From assembly GCF_036588685.1 (NCBI RefSeq), contig NC_086381.1, forward strand, positions 33,914,001 through 33,978,000: a stretch of DNA of 64,000 nucleotides, given 5' to 3'. The DNA comes from Mytilus trossulus. Taxonomy: Eukaryota. Position numbers and translations under genes: made by a program. The notes below the pieces were generated by a model. The model was not told where the DNA came from, did not search any database, and saw only the letters and a program-made list of their open reading frames with translations. Of the stretch, positions 22,241 through 35,436 are shown piece by piece (within the stretch, counting starts at the first letter, position 1; each line of letters starts with the position of its first letter).

Positions 22241-22883
22241 TAATAGAAATCCTGATTAGTGATTCAGTCTGAATAACTCAATTTCAGACTCCTAGTAGCC
22301 TCTTGTTTGAGACCTGAACCCCTCCTGATTTTATCAATCTATTAATTATAAAAACTTAAGTAAAGAATGAGGAAATTTAGTAAAATGATAACCAATTCAG
22401 AAACCTTTATTCAAGCTGTAAAAGTTTTCCAAGTTTTCCAAGTTAAAAAAATATAACATTCAATACAATTGGAGATGAATAAAATAATATGGACTATAAA
22501 CCTAGTTATAGAGATGCAATAGCACATTGTGAAATATCTGGATTATCAAAGAAGAAAATATACTCTTATAATCAGCAGGTTTTATTACATATTGCCAGAT
22601 TCAAGAGCTGGTCCAGAAGACACAACACCCAGACTCTTGAATTAAAAAGACAGGACCAAGTGTTTTGAGCATTTGTAATCCCAATATTTTTCTTTTACAC
22701 ATTTTAAAAATCGTAAAATCATGATAGAAAATACAAACATAATTAGGACAAGTTTGAGTGATTTCTTCACAGGTTTTGGTTTGTGAAACTAGTCTTGTTT
22801 GGGTATCTAGTTTGTCTGTATAGGGAGATTGGATATGATTGTCAATGACAGATCTCCACAAATACCAAATAATGCAGAAGAAA

Positions 22884-23952
22884 GCAACTATAGGTCTCTG
22901 TATGGCAACTATAGGTCAATGTATAGCAACTATAGGTCAATGTATGGCAACTATAGGTCAATGTATAGCAACTATAGATCACTGTATGGCAACTATAGGT
23001 CACTGTATGGCAACTATAGGTCACTGTATGGCAACTGAAGGTCACTGTATGGCAACTAAAGGTCACTGTATGGCAACTATAGGTCACTGTATGGCAACTA
23101 TAGGTCACTGTATAGCAACTATAGGTCACTGTATGGCAACTATAGGTCACTGTATGGCAACTATAGGTCACTGTATGGCAACTATAGGTCACTGTATAGC
23201 AACTATAGGTCACTGTATGGCAACTAAAGGTCACTGTATGGCAACTATAGGTCACTGTATGGCAACTATAGGTCACTGTATAGCAACTATAGGTCACTGT
23301 ATGGCAACTATAGGTCACTGTATGGCAACTATAGGTCACTGTATAGCAACTATAGGTCACTGTATGGCAACTATAGGACACTATGGCAACTATAGGTCAC
23401 TGTATGGCAACTATAGGTCACTGTATGGCAACTATAGGTCACTGTATGGCAACTATAGGTCACTGTATAGCATCTATAGGTCACTGTATGGCAACTGTAA
23501 GTCACTGTATGACAACTATAGGTCACTGTATGGCAACTATAGGTCACTGTATGGCAACTATAGGTCACTGTATAGCAACTATAGGTCACTGTATGGCAAC
23601 TAAAGGTCACTGTATGGCAACTATAGGTCACTGTATGGCAACTATAGGTCACTGTATAGCAACTATAGGTCACTGTATGGCAACTATAGGTCACTGTATG
23701 GCAACTATAGGTCACTGTATAGCAACTATAGGTCACTGTATGGCAACTATAGGACACTATGGCAACTATAGGTCACTGTATGGCAACTATAGGTCACTGT
23801 ATGGCAACTATAGGTCACTGTATGGCAACTATAGGTCACTGTATAGCATCTATAGGTCACTGTATGGCAACTGTAAGTCACTGTATGACAACTATAGGTC
23901 ACTGTATGGCAACTATAGGTCTCTGTATGGCAACTATAGGTCTCTGTATGGC
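22884..23952. repeat. 21-bp minisatellite, ~51 copies (GCAACTATAGGTCACTGTATG) with a 376-bp higher-order repeat
   Basis: Tandem array visible directly. Variant monomers recur at a spacing of 376 bp. Confidence 0.97.
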
Positions 23953-25069
23953 ATGATCTTTTGTTTGTCAACTTAATATAAACTGTCCACAGTGATTGTA
24001 CTCATATAAGATGTGTTTCTCTCTAATAAATAAAACAATAATCTTACTCACACTGAAATCTCACCTGCCTAACTGATTATGTTAAGTCTTAAAGATCAAG
24101 GTATTAATAAAGATATCATATAAATTTCTATTAAAATAATTGAATGGTCATATGAACACAACAAAACAGACATGTACCTCTTGAAACAATTCCATTCACT
24201 GTATATATAGTTGACTTATTGCTTACAAATCTGGAAACTGGTTTACTACAAAAATTCAATTTTTATCAATGAACCATGCAAATGAGGTCAAGCTAAGTGA
24301 AACCCTGCTAGACAGATCTGTACACTTTACAATCATTTCATATACCAAGTACTGTTGACCTTCTGCTTATAGCATCTGTGAGATGGACATTATCACAAAA
24401 AAACTTCATTGGTCGCTGATCATGAAAAGATGTCAAGGTCAAGTTAACTCTATTTGACATTCATGAATACAATACATTGATTTTATATCCCAATCATAGT
24501 TGTCCTATTTCTCGTAATAACTGAGGAAAAAAAAACACTTTAAAAGAAACCAAACCTTTTTTGGGAGCAAAACCTAAACCATGGAAATGAAGTAATGAGA
24601 AATTGACATATGCCAGACAAATAAGTATAGATTATTGGGTTTTCTACACATTGATATTTTACGATATCTATACGTAGAAAACCTGATTATCTGTTTATTG
24701 TTCTATTACTGGTCTTTTTTCCTCTTCCTAAGATAGTTTTATGCTTGACGAAAGCAAGCTTGATAACATCTCCTCTCGCATTGTGATGTCGCTGATAACT
24801 TCTCCTCTCACATTGTGACATCGCTGATAATGTCTGGTCTCATTTTGAAGTCTTGATAAGAGAATTACTGAGCGACAGAGCAGAGTGATATAGGCGTAGG
24901 GAAGGACGATAAGTATCCACATCTGCTATCTTCAAATTTTTGCGGTCGTATAAAAATTATAAAGCGTCTTGTCAGTACTTTTTTATACATAAAAGTAAAA
25001 ATATAACAATTTTAAAATAGATATATTTTTAAAACAAGAATGTCTATCACAGTTGTTTGTCCTTTTCCT

Positions 25070-28000
25070 CTATAACTTACTGGCTGAAATATAAAATACA
25101 AATATTAAATATGTTGCACAGATAACACTCATTTATTATTATAACTACCACTAGTAAGAAACGTTTAATAGTTTTACTAATAACATAATCATTTGGTGAC
25201 TATAGGAAACAGATTACTTTGACTTTGTCCTATTTGAAGCAGCCAAAACGTTTTTGTTTTTTTTACATTCACTTTTCACAGTAGTTTTCTTATAGTACCG
25301 GTAGACATGATCACCTTGTGAAAAGTTTTAGCCAATTGCTTGTAAACATTTCTTAGTATGAAGAAAGTTCAGTGTAATTATAAAATATTATTAACAATAA
25401 AATTCCAGTGATTCATTTTTTTCTGATCTTTCTAATTGCTCTATTTGGAAAAAGGTTTGCCGGTCAATTTCATGATGACTTGCCTGTAATTCAGTGGTTG
25501 TCGTTTGTTTATGTGTTACATATTTGTTTTTCGTTCATTTTTTTACATAAATAAGGCCGTTAGTTTTCTTGTTTGAGTTGTTTTACATTGTCTTATCGGG
25601 GCCTTTTATAGCTGACTATGTGATATGGGCTTTTCTCATTGTTGAAGGCGGTATGGTGACCTATAGTTGTCAATGTTTGTATCATTTTGGTCTTTTCTGG
25701 ATAGTTGTCTCATTGGTAATCATACCACATCTTCTTTTTTATATTCTCAAAAATCTGTGGGTAAATGTATAGGTAGGCTAATTTTGACAAATAGGTTAAG
25801 TATTAATGTATAAGACAATAGGTATATCCTTTTTCACTCTGTATCTTCCTTTTTAAAAACAAATAAAAAAATCTATTATATATATTTACCTGTATGTAGT
25901 GTGTCCAGCATCCAAAACCTTTTAATATGTTTATGTTTAATTGTAAGATTGTCTAGGATGCTTGCATCTGAAATCAGAGAGAATCGTTAACATTATTATC
26001 AAAGTTTTTTTCTCTTCCTTGCAGTTTGAAGACGGTCTGCGGTATAGATATATATACAAAATTTATTAAAAACATTCTCAAAAAATCAAAAAAGAAGGAA
26101 ATTTAAAGAAACATTTTTACTCCTCTTCATTGTTTTTGTACTATCCAGTATTTCATAATTGAGAAATTCCAAATTTCTGTTGTAAAGTCTACGTCAGAAA
26201 GATTATTCCAGAAACCTATAATGTTTCCATGGAGAATTACAATATAGATATTTGTACACAATTTGTGTTGGTATGTTGCTGGATATAAATTATCCTTTAA
26301 AGCAGGCGGGGCTTTTTTTTCATTATTCAAATTATTTGTTTTGTGCTAAAGCTAATGATGCATCTTCCTTATGCAAAAGACTGTTTTGGTAGCTCTATTT
26401 AGAACCTTTTTGGTTCTCCAAATTCTCTGATTCATATTTTTGGCTTTTTTATTTGGGTTGCAAGAAATGTACATATGTTGTGCAAATTGAAATTAAATTA
26501 AACTTTATCTTATTTTTTCTGCTGAAGATTAGTGTTTCTTTTCATCAATCTAGCTTACTCCAACAACAAAAAATTACCATCCCTATAATGCTTTGTGATT
26601 TGAGTCTTTTTTCATAACTGCTTATTTTGTGAATTTCATCCTTTAAATATCATTTTTACTAAATTTATTACCTCTGGATGTCATGTACTCTTGAATTATT
26701 GGTGCAACTGTTGCTATGGGAATACACATGTTTATATGTGGATATGAAGCTTTTGATTCTGTATCTCTGTAAAAATAGAAATACCATCTATGAAATAATT
26801 ATTCTTTTTAAACAATAGTTCATGCAACTTCTTAATATATAAAAAAGAAGATGTGGTATAATTGCAAATGAGACAACTATCCATAAAAGACCAAAATGAC
26901 ACAAACATTAACAATTATAGGTCACCGTATGGCCTTCAACAATGAGCAAAGCCCATACTGCATATAGTAAGCTATAAAAGGCCCAGATTCATTAAACAGT
27001 GAATAAATAATTAGAAATCAGGGTTTTGTTGTCAGAAAAGTGAAGAAATTAAGGAAAGAGTATTTATCAAGAAATAAACATTCTTTACATATTTTTTTTA
27101 AATTTGTTATGCTGTTGTTAATACATGCTGTTCACACATATGATTTGTTCCATTCTCTAAGGACACACTACCTTTCTTAGCTGTGTTAAAAAGTATACAA
27201 TACAGTGACAGGGTCAGAAAAATAACACATCTGAGTTTAACACATTGATTTTTTATTGGGTGATATTGCTTATACTATACATCACATTATGCAGAAAACA
27301 CACTGATGCAAACAAATCTGTAGCATGAATTTGAAAGCAGTCTCATTGAAAGCAGTGATGTTGTCTATGGTAGCACATATTATAGATAGTGGTATTTTAA
27401 GTTTACCAAACAAAGGGTAAATATATCTCTTTTTGTTTAGGTATTGCTACTTTTGGGTTAAGTATTGAAATATCTAAATGTGTGTTTTTATCTTCAACAG
27501 TCCAAAATCAATCCCTAAAATCTCAAAAATGTAAGTCATGAAGGTATACTTTTTTCCTGTGCATATAGTGTATATCAAAATTAAGTTTTGTAAAAATCAC
27601 TAAGGGATCCCTTCTGTATAATATGCCTTTTTTAGTTATGTAAAAATCACCAAGGGATCCCTTCTGTATCATTTCCCTTTTTTTATCATATGCCTTTTAT
27701 AAAAAAATATTTTCTCTAGCTGCAAACAATTGTAGAAAAGATGAAAATCAGTAATTTACATACACTGTAATAGAATGCTATTGTCATTTGACAGTGCTCA
27801 CCTAACAAACTAAGACAAACTATAAAACACTTTGTGCACAATTTGGAAATTAGTATGGTGTTCATGATCACTGTACTAGTATATATTTGTTAAGGGGCCA
27901 GCTGAAGGACGCCTCCGGGTGCGGGAATTTCTCGCTACATTGAAGACCTGTTGGTGACCTTCTGCTGTTGTTTTTTTCTATGGTTGGGTTGTTGTCTCTT

Positions 28001-31000
28001 TGACAAATTCCCCATTTCCATTCTCAATTTTACTTGATACATACACTATAGGGGACATAACAAGTTATGATTTAATATTTACTTTGCATTGCTGACAGGT
28101 ATACCAACAAGCTGTCCATACTGATTAACTATTGCTCCACCACTGGCACCAGCATGAACTGCACATGTTGTCTGAAAACATAGGTAGTTGCACTTAAAAT
28201 ACAAGTTTGAAATCCTGACTTGAATTTAAGCTTAAAATGAACAAATATATAAACATACAAATCAAGAGTAAGAGCCTGAAGTGTTCACATGGTAAAGTTA
28301 TGGGTAAACATTAGAAACCAAGGTAACTGCTTTCCATAGGGTATAAATGGATGAGATGGTACATACATGAGGGATGTAGTGGGGGGGTACCTTCATGAAA
28401 AATCACGGTAAATATTATTGCCAAATGACGTTAACAGTAATTTTTTTTCCCAAAAAAATGACGGAAAGGACAACTATTTGAGACCTCTGACGAATAATGA
28501 TAAGCATAATTTGACAAATCACGGTACAATATTAACCAATTTGACGCTAGTGGTAGCTGAAAATGACTGTTTGATGCCTGACGGTAAAGGGCATTACTAC
28601 CCTCATACATATACAATACATGTACTAACAGAAAAAAACTCAAATAGAACACCTAATACCCATCAATACCCTAGGTATAAGTAAATTTTTTGAATTTATT
28701 CTTTCTTTATTCATCAATTTTCTGGTGGTGACTAAAAAGCTAGAAGTTCTTAAGCACACCTTAAAAGTAAAATATTTCTACTAATCTTATTGTAATACCT
28801 GAATCAAAACAGGAATGTTGTTGATACACAAAACTTTTGATATAATACCGGATGTTATTGTTGGTTCTAAATTCTTTTCTTCTCCAAAAACAGCATGTCC
28901 AATAGCATACACCTTATCTCCTAGAAACAAAAAAAATATTAGTATACAAGTATCTTTTCTATTTTTTTTATCTATACAATATTTTAAACTCCCCCATACA
29001 TGTAAGCTAAGGACAAAAAAAGGGTTCGATAATAAAATCATTGCTTGTGTAATATCTTCACTTTGCATTTGCATGTTCAGATCTAAAACAATTTTTTTTT
29101 ACATACTTCTTTGTTTCTCCTTTTGTTATTCTTTTGATAGAAACAAAAAGATGGAGAATTGATTTCCTGATTTTAGTTAAACCTTGACATATGGTAAGGT
29201 GGGGGTCCTAAGTCAGAACTCATTACGGCTATCTTAATTTATATATCTGTGTTTTTCTGCAATGGCAGATCTTAGGTACAGTAATCTCTGTTAACCTTTC
29301 ACTCAACTTTCTAGAAATATTTGGCACTTAACAAAATGGCATACACACTAGTCTTTTGGTGATGCACCTTTGTTTTAACCTTTAAAGGTGTCATCACATC
29401 TCCTTTTATTTATATCCATATTAAGGTAAATGGTAGATTTGTTGTGGTAGATAGATACTGACAAAAAAATCTTCAGCTATATCATTCTATAACATATGTA
29501 CAAAAGAACTAAAGTTTCCCATGTTTTTATGGGTTTTTTTTAGTGTGTATGCCTTGTTATTGTTTTTGTTATGTTTTGTCTTTTTTTGTTGTTGTCGGGG
29601 TTGGGTTTTTTTGTTGGAGGGTAGCATAATAATAACCTTGTACTACTGGTTTTGGTGATATATGGATACATTTCCCTGAGTTAAGTGGACTGGTCAATAC
29701 TGCTATATCAAACTGTTCATCTGCGGGTGTCCTATATATAACCTTTCCTTTATGTGGCTTTTGTTGATTGGCAAACTTTAATTTTACTGAAAAAAGAGAA
29801 CAGGAGAATAACATTTAATTTCCCTAACAAAATGTTTTTAAACAAATGAAGTGTTATAAAATGATTTTTCTTGTCTATTATACTGGGTTTTTTTTCCCTT
29901 TCTGTGGCAAAAATAGAATTTGAATGCACTTTTGTTGCCCTCACATGAATTAATCTATTATTTGTTTGGTGTATTTATGGTACATAGCTCTTCGTGTGTA
30001 CTAGTATTTACTAGTATACATTCTTGGCTATAAAATGCTTGGGTTTGAGCACTCCTATTGTAGGTAAATCTATAAAAGCACTTTGTTCACAGAAATTTAT
30101 ATAGTGTTATTTTCATTTGTGGCGCTATGATTCAAAGTTACAGGTTTTTAACAATTATTTCTGAAATGCATTCTGGCTTAGTGTTCTGGTTCTGTAGGAC
30201 AATGCAAGTTCAATAACCTAAAAAAACAAACATAATATCTTCTTAAAGGTAATTTCAAGTTACCCTTCTTGGCAGCAGGTATTTACCAATCTCTGACCCT
30301 AGTTAAGGTATACCTGTATTATAATCAGACTTTTAACAACACGGCAAGCCGCTACAGGTTAAAAGAATGGAATGTCCACTATCCTGACCAACCACAATGA
30401 CAGCTTTCTGACCCTTATTAAGGTATACCTGTATTATAATCAGACTCTTTAACAACATGACTACAGGTTAAAAGAATGGAATGTCCACCATCCTGGCCAA
30501 TCACAACACCAGATCCCCAGTTATTGCCTACTACAATCAATGGAATATTCTCCATCAACTGACTTAAGTTATTTCTACCTGGTAAAAAAAAGTAATAACT
30601 TGATACATATATGTCACAAAAATAAAACTTTTGTTTTTTTGTGTAATTCTCAGTATTCAAAAATAGTTATTAAAATGATGACACAAAGTGATTTTTTTTT
30701 TTATCTGTGCCAACTTTTTTCAACTTTTATCCAGATGCAGAAAATATGATATGATATTTTCATATTTAAGGACCCACTAGACAAAGTCCACTTAAAAGTG
30801 AGTCTTTGAACATGCAAGTTTGGGAAAAAAGAACAAAGGCAAAATCTGAGTCTACTACTAAGTTTGAGCTATTTTAGCCCAATTATTTTGGATATATCCA
30901 GTGGACTTCTTGAAAAGCCTCAAGTTGATACAAACATTAGATCAATTTGCCATGTAAAGAATGTACCTCTAATTACGTTTTCCATATAAGTTGTTTCCAC

Positions 31001-32773
31001 TCTACATATCTGTTTTACACGTTTTAAAACATCTGTTATTGCACAAGCCATAGACAAACCAACCCATTCGTTTGACTTCCAGCACAGTGAAGTTATAATC
31101 AAACCTACAAGGTACCTAAATAAACAAATAATATAAGCTGATGTAAGTATATTCTTGAAAGGCTGATAAAAAATCTTTCATTTTGGAATAAATTCACTTT
31201 CTACTGTTGTAGTAAAATACAAAATAGTTACTCTAATGAACCTTTGTCGCTCACCTGAAAAAAAAATGTCTTCATCCATGGGCTTATCAAACATCATAGA
31301 CTAGTAATTGATTATATTGCTTATATTTGAGCTTGTATTGCTAAGATTTTTCTGTTTACTTTTATCTATATCAAAACATGGTTATAATTTTGCCATACAT
31401 ACTAAAAAAAACTTCTTAAAATCGTCATTCAAAGACAATTACTCCTGAAATCATTTGACCTATATATGATTTCAACCTGTGTTGATCTATCTGTAGATGT
31501 CTTCTGTTTTACAATAGAGTATTGAATTTTCTGATCAATTACTTGCAGTAATATTGCTTTTGAACCAATGCAAATTAATTTTTTATTATCAAGCATTTAA
31601 GGGACGACATCAAAAGTTCAATGTAGGATAAAAAAACTTAATTCACATAGTTTTTTCACTGACCCCCCCACCCCCCTCTTAACTTAATTTGGGAAAAATT
31701 GATTTACCAATAGGGATACATGTAAAAATCGATTTTTGATATACAAAACTTGCAAAATTTTAACCCCCACCCCAAACTATTTGATTTAAGTTTTTTATCC
31801 TTTATCGATCTTTTGATGTCGTCCCCAATACACTAGAACATTTTCAATATGTACTACAATTAAGTCTACAAATTCAGAAATTATTTCACTATTCAATAAT
31901 TAGAACACTAATTCTAATATCAGATACAATAAAGTGTATGCAAACTTTCTTCAAAAATTGCAATAATAAATCTTGCAAATTTGTCCTTTTTTCAAAACTT
32001 TGCAAAATTATAATGCCCACAAAAAATTTCAATTTACAGTACCTGTGATGACCTTTTCTACAAAACACTGGACCACCTTCTGACCCTGGCACACACCTAG
32101 CATCAGTCATTAACAATATCCCACCAGCCTTGTTACTCAACACGCCAGTACTACAGGAATTCAGGAAAATCTCAGGGCACAGACCACCAAAAGGTGTGGC
32201 TTCTAATTCTAAATTATCTCCCTTGTCAAGTTGATCGTATGCAAGAACAGAAAGATTGTTATTAAAGCTCTTCCAGTTATTCAATTTCAGTATAATAAAA
32301 CAGGATAACAGTGCGTAAAATTTAGACTGGTCATCTGGTGTCTCTTGTGAAGAAAAATCTTCCACAAATTCCCATTTATTTTCAGGCAATAAAAAAGAAA
32401 CAACATTCTGTAATTTTTTCACAGAGAAAATAGCGTGGACATTAGCTGAATATTCTGAGTACAAGTGTTTGTGCAATGATTCACTTTCTGTTTCAGTACC
32501 AATGTCAGAACTATTTAGAATAGATCTCAAATTATTATTTGAGTCTTGTTTATGTGTCCTTTGCAAACAGACTTCTGCATTCCAATGATGAAAACTGTTT
32601 TGTAAAATTCCTTTATTCTGTATAGAATTTATCTGCTGATCAGTTAACAAAGATGAAACTAAAGTACCATGCGTCAGTACAAGACCAGACTTTGTATCAA
32701 TGAGTACCCCACTCAGTGTTTTCTTATCTTCTCCGTTCACCTTTACAGACACTACACATCCAGTATCAAACAT
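25070..32773 (-). CDS. TYSND1: Peroxisomal leader peptide-processing protease (trypsin-like, two protease-like domains, PTS1)
   Basis: Phase-consistent GT-AG exons in transcript order: 32773-32043, 31115-30967, 30578-30429, 29786-29637, 28920-28799, 28171-28083, 26766-26672, 25967-25890, 25083-25070 (1578 nt, 525 aa). TYSND1 signatures SGVLI..GLVLTHG, TPFGGLCPEIFLNS, TDARCVPGSEGG, LCWKSNEWVG, WGSGV, catalytic triad TCSHVV / FDIAV / HAGASGG, YPHIN, and C-terminal SKL-stop. Confidence 0.95.
25483..25744 (-). repeat. Short interspersed repeat family B
   Basis: Reverse complement of AAAAAGAAGATGTGGTATGATT..CAATGAGACAACTATCC...CAACTATAGGTCACC...CCTTCAACAATGAG...GCTATAAAAGGCCCC. Other copies at 26840-26986 (+), ~16645-16890 (+), ~10880-11040 (-) and ~22820-22905 (+). 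Confidence 0.85.
26840..26986 (+). repeat. Short interspersed repeat family B copy
   Basis: High similarity to the reverse complement of 25600-25744. Confidence 0.85.
27835..28031 (-). repeat. Short interspersed repeat family A copy
   Basis: High similarity to the reverse complement of 21497-21690. Confidence 0.85.
30293..30397 (-). pseudogene. Degenerate tandem duplicate of the 3' half of TYSND1 coding exon 3 plus its donor site
   Basis: 30293-30397 aligns to ~30408-30506. The copy reads VVGQDSGHSILLTCS, then carries an indel across the catalytic-His codon and an in-frame TAA. Confidence 0.85.
31601..31825. mobile_element. PIF/Harbinger-type MITE in a TYSND1 intron
   Basis: ~40-bp imperfect TIRs GGGACGACATCAAAAG...CTTTTGATGTCGTCCC. 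Flanks are TAA / CAA (3-bp TSD with one mismatch). Confidence 0.8.
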
Positions 32774-34294
32774 TGTTTCTCTTCGTTTAAAAAGCTTAAT
32801 TAACTACACTGAGCTACTGAAAATGGAAAAAAATGTCAAAGATTTTATAGATTCTTCAAAACTGATGGTTTCCTTCATTCAAGCTGCATATTATATGCAA
32901 TACCCTGTGGAAATTGTTTTATTTGTGAATGCAAAATTTCTTGCTTTGTGTAAAATGTAGTTGTTCTTTTAGCACACAACTTATTTATTCTTGATGATGT
33001 TTAAGACTTTTTCAAATTATGGAAAACATTATTCATTGTTGAAGACTTATTAGCCCTAGAATTGTTCTTTATGGATTTATTGTGTATTGGGGTTGCTGTC
33101 CCATTGACAACACCCCTATAACATTTTATTCATATTGCATACCATTAAACTTTCTGGTAAATTGGTAATGTTCTGTGGATTATAAAATGTTTTGTTAAAA
33201 CTGTCCTTTTAAAGAACATTTTAAAAAAAAAGAAAAATCATAAATCATATATTCAAACTCAACCCTTTACAGATTTTATCTAGTTAATTATGCCAGTAAA
33301 ACCAGCTATGCGAAAAAAATTATCATATTGACTTATATCAGCATATTTAAAAAAAAAAAAAAGTCTGTAATTGAAAATAATGGGTAATCATGTTCAGAAT
33401 CACAATCAAAACTGCTTTATGCTTACATTTCCAGGGCTGACTATCTAATATGTGTATGTAGTCACATACAGGCTAAATATCAAATGGCAAGACAGACAAA
33501 ATTACCAAGGACAAAAGTGGAAATCCTTGTTTTAACTATATACAACTATTAACAAGAGAGAAAAAAATATTTGAAAAAAATCATTCTAGTTGATGAAATT
33601 GGTGTTCATTAGCACTTTTTTTTATCATGTTGACCAAATTTAAATCAAGCAAGGATAAGTGTTTCTTGTTCACCTTGTAGTCTGTTAATTAACACACCAT
33701 TTTAAACATTTGTTTTGATGAGTCAATGACAAATACTTGTTTTTGAAATCATTTTTGTTTTCAAAGTTGTTAAAATACTTGTAAAGTCTATAGCTGTGGC
33801 TTCATTATCTATAATTCATAGGATACCATTTTTTTGTGGAATTCATGGGTATAGGTTAACCAAGAATTAAAATAAGTTATATTGCAGATTTCTACAATTC
33901 ACAAAATCAAATATCTCTGATACTACAATTAGTCCTCAAGCCACTAAAAATGGTATCCACAAAAATCACATGAATCCAAATTATTTGTTTATTTTCTTTT
34001 TTTTAATAATAATTAAGGCTCAATTAAGTTTATAGATATAGACAATAATGAGTATTAATACATATATAACAAACAATTGTTCAATCATTAAAGGGGGAGT
34101 CTGTCCATCATGTGTACAAAGGGGATTAACTCCATGTCCACATCAAATATTCATAAACATATTGTCCTTGATCTGTGTCTCCATTTAACTAAAGTAAAGA
34201 ATTCATGTAATCGCAATATAATAGTTATGAAATATATAAAAAAAAAAGTCAATTATAGAGAAGAAAAAAAAATCGTTTTTGTACCACATAATAA

Positions 34295-34575
34295 GGCAGC
34301 AACCATTTGATTTTCTGGGGGGGGCTATGGTTTTTTAAAAAAAAAAAAGTTTGTTTCCAGTTTTTGCAGAAAAAAATAATTTGTTTTTGATTCTGAGAAA
34401 AAAAAATTGTTTGTTTCACCCTCAGCTGCCACTACATGTAATGCTAAAATTGAAAGAAAAAAATGTTTAAGACTTGTCGCGAAAAAAATAGATTGATTTT
34501 CGCCGCAGGCGAAAAAAATAATTTGTCCAGAAAAAAAAAACCATAGCCCCCCCTAAAAATCAAATGGTTACTGCC
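34295..34575. mobile_element. PIF/Harbinger-type MITE
   Basis: TIRs GGCAGCAACCATTTGATTTT...AAAATCAAATGGTTACTGCC, extending to GGGGGCTATGG / CCATAGCCCCC. TAA on both sides (34292-94 and 34576-78). Confidence 0.9.
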
Positions 34576-34879
34576 TAAGAATTTCATAACATTATTTACA
34601 TTTAATACAGAGAATTGACAAGCTTACAGATCACTGCATAATGATCATTCACAAACGAAATAATCTAAATCTGAGAATTGTATTGCTGTCTGTAAATTTC
34701 TGTCAATGTCAAAACACTATAAGATCTAAAAATAGAACAAAATAAAAATAGAAAAAAAATTAAGATTGTTTTCCATTCATTTGCACAACATGCAAAACTT
34801 AAACACTGCCATATAAAAAGTTAAGTTTTGTTTCAAATCCGGCACCTGTATTGCAGAAAAGAGGACAAGAGTTATAATT

Positions 34880-35436
34880 GAATAATAAATCGCTAATATA
34901 ATGAAAACGGGCACCTGCTACTTTACACTTCCGTGTGTATTACGTCATAGATATATGTGTATAATGTATGTAGTAAAAAGCGATAATAAAATGCTGCATA
35001 AAGAGAAAAATATATTGTGTCAATATGTTTTGTTGTTAAATTACTATTATCAATGACATGAAATAACACTTTGTAAGTATGTTATGGGCGCGGTTTAACT
35101 GCAATTTTCCTATAAATGGATGACTAACAACGACCAATACATTTGCTCCAGGGTCAAAGGTGATGAATTTACGTCACATATTAAGCCACGAAATACCGCC
35201 CCGAAATTATCACCAGTTACGCTTTAATTCGGGATAAAACAAGTTTTTAAGCATACTAAATTTATACAATAACACTAAACAATGTTTTGAGTTTACTTCT
35301 TTCTCCGTATTAATGTGCATTTTAAAAATTAAACACAATAAATGAAAGATGAGCTCATGAGTTCAAAGTTGAAATCAAACCATGATCAACCAATTGTAAG
35401 CCCCGAAGGTAACAGGCATGTTACATGACGGTGAGT
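34880..35436. promoter_or_regulatory. Candidate bidirectional promoter and first non-coding exon between TYSND1 and the BICRA-like gene
   Basis: Local CpG retention. ETS-type CACTTCCG at 34926-34933, CRE/ATF-type TTACGTCA at 34940-34947 and 35169-35176, and a strong + strand donor ACG|GTGAGT at 35430/35431. TYSND1 coding exon 1 has an acceptor at 32816, so a further 5' exon must lie upstream of it. Confidence 0.55.

Noticed and set aside
22829-23976. Cys/His-rich repetitive ORFs (MATIGHC, YSCHTVT) that could look like a metal-binding protein, or an array that could look like CRISPR
   Set aside because: The 21-bp unit derives from repeat family B and the frames shift at 19-bp monomers. There are no unique spacers and the context is eukaryotic.
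24728-24922. 64-aa minus-strand ORF as the TYSND1 last exon
   Set aside because: It ends IKLS rather than a PTS1. The exon at 25083 has a better acceptor, the right phase, and gives SKL-stop.
27586-27700. Small local duplications (~50 bp here, also ~45 bp at 7106-7195, 17 bp at 40932 and a coding NSDAHS repeat at ~53017)
   Set aside because: Ordinary slippage products with no sign of function.
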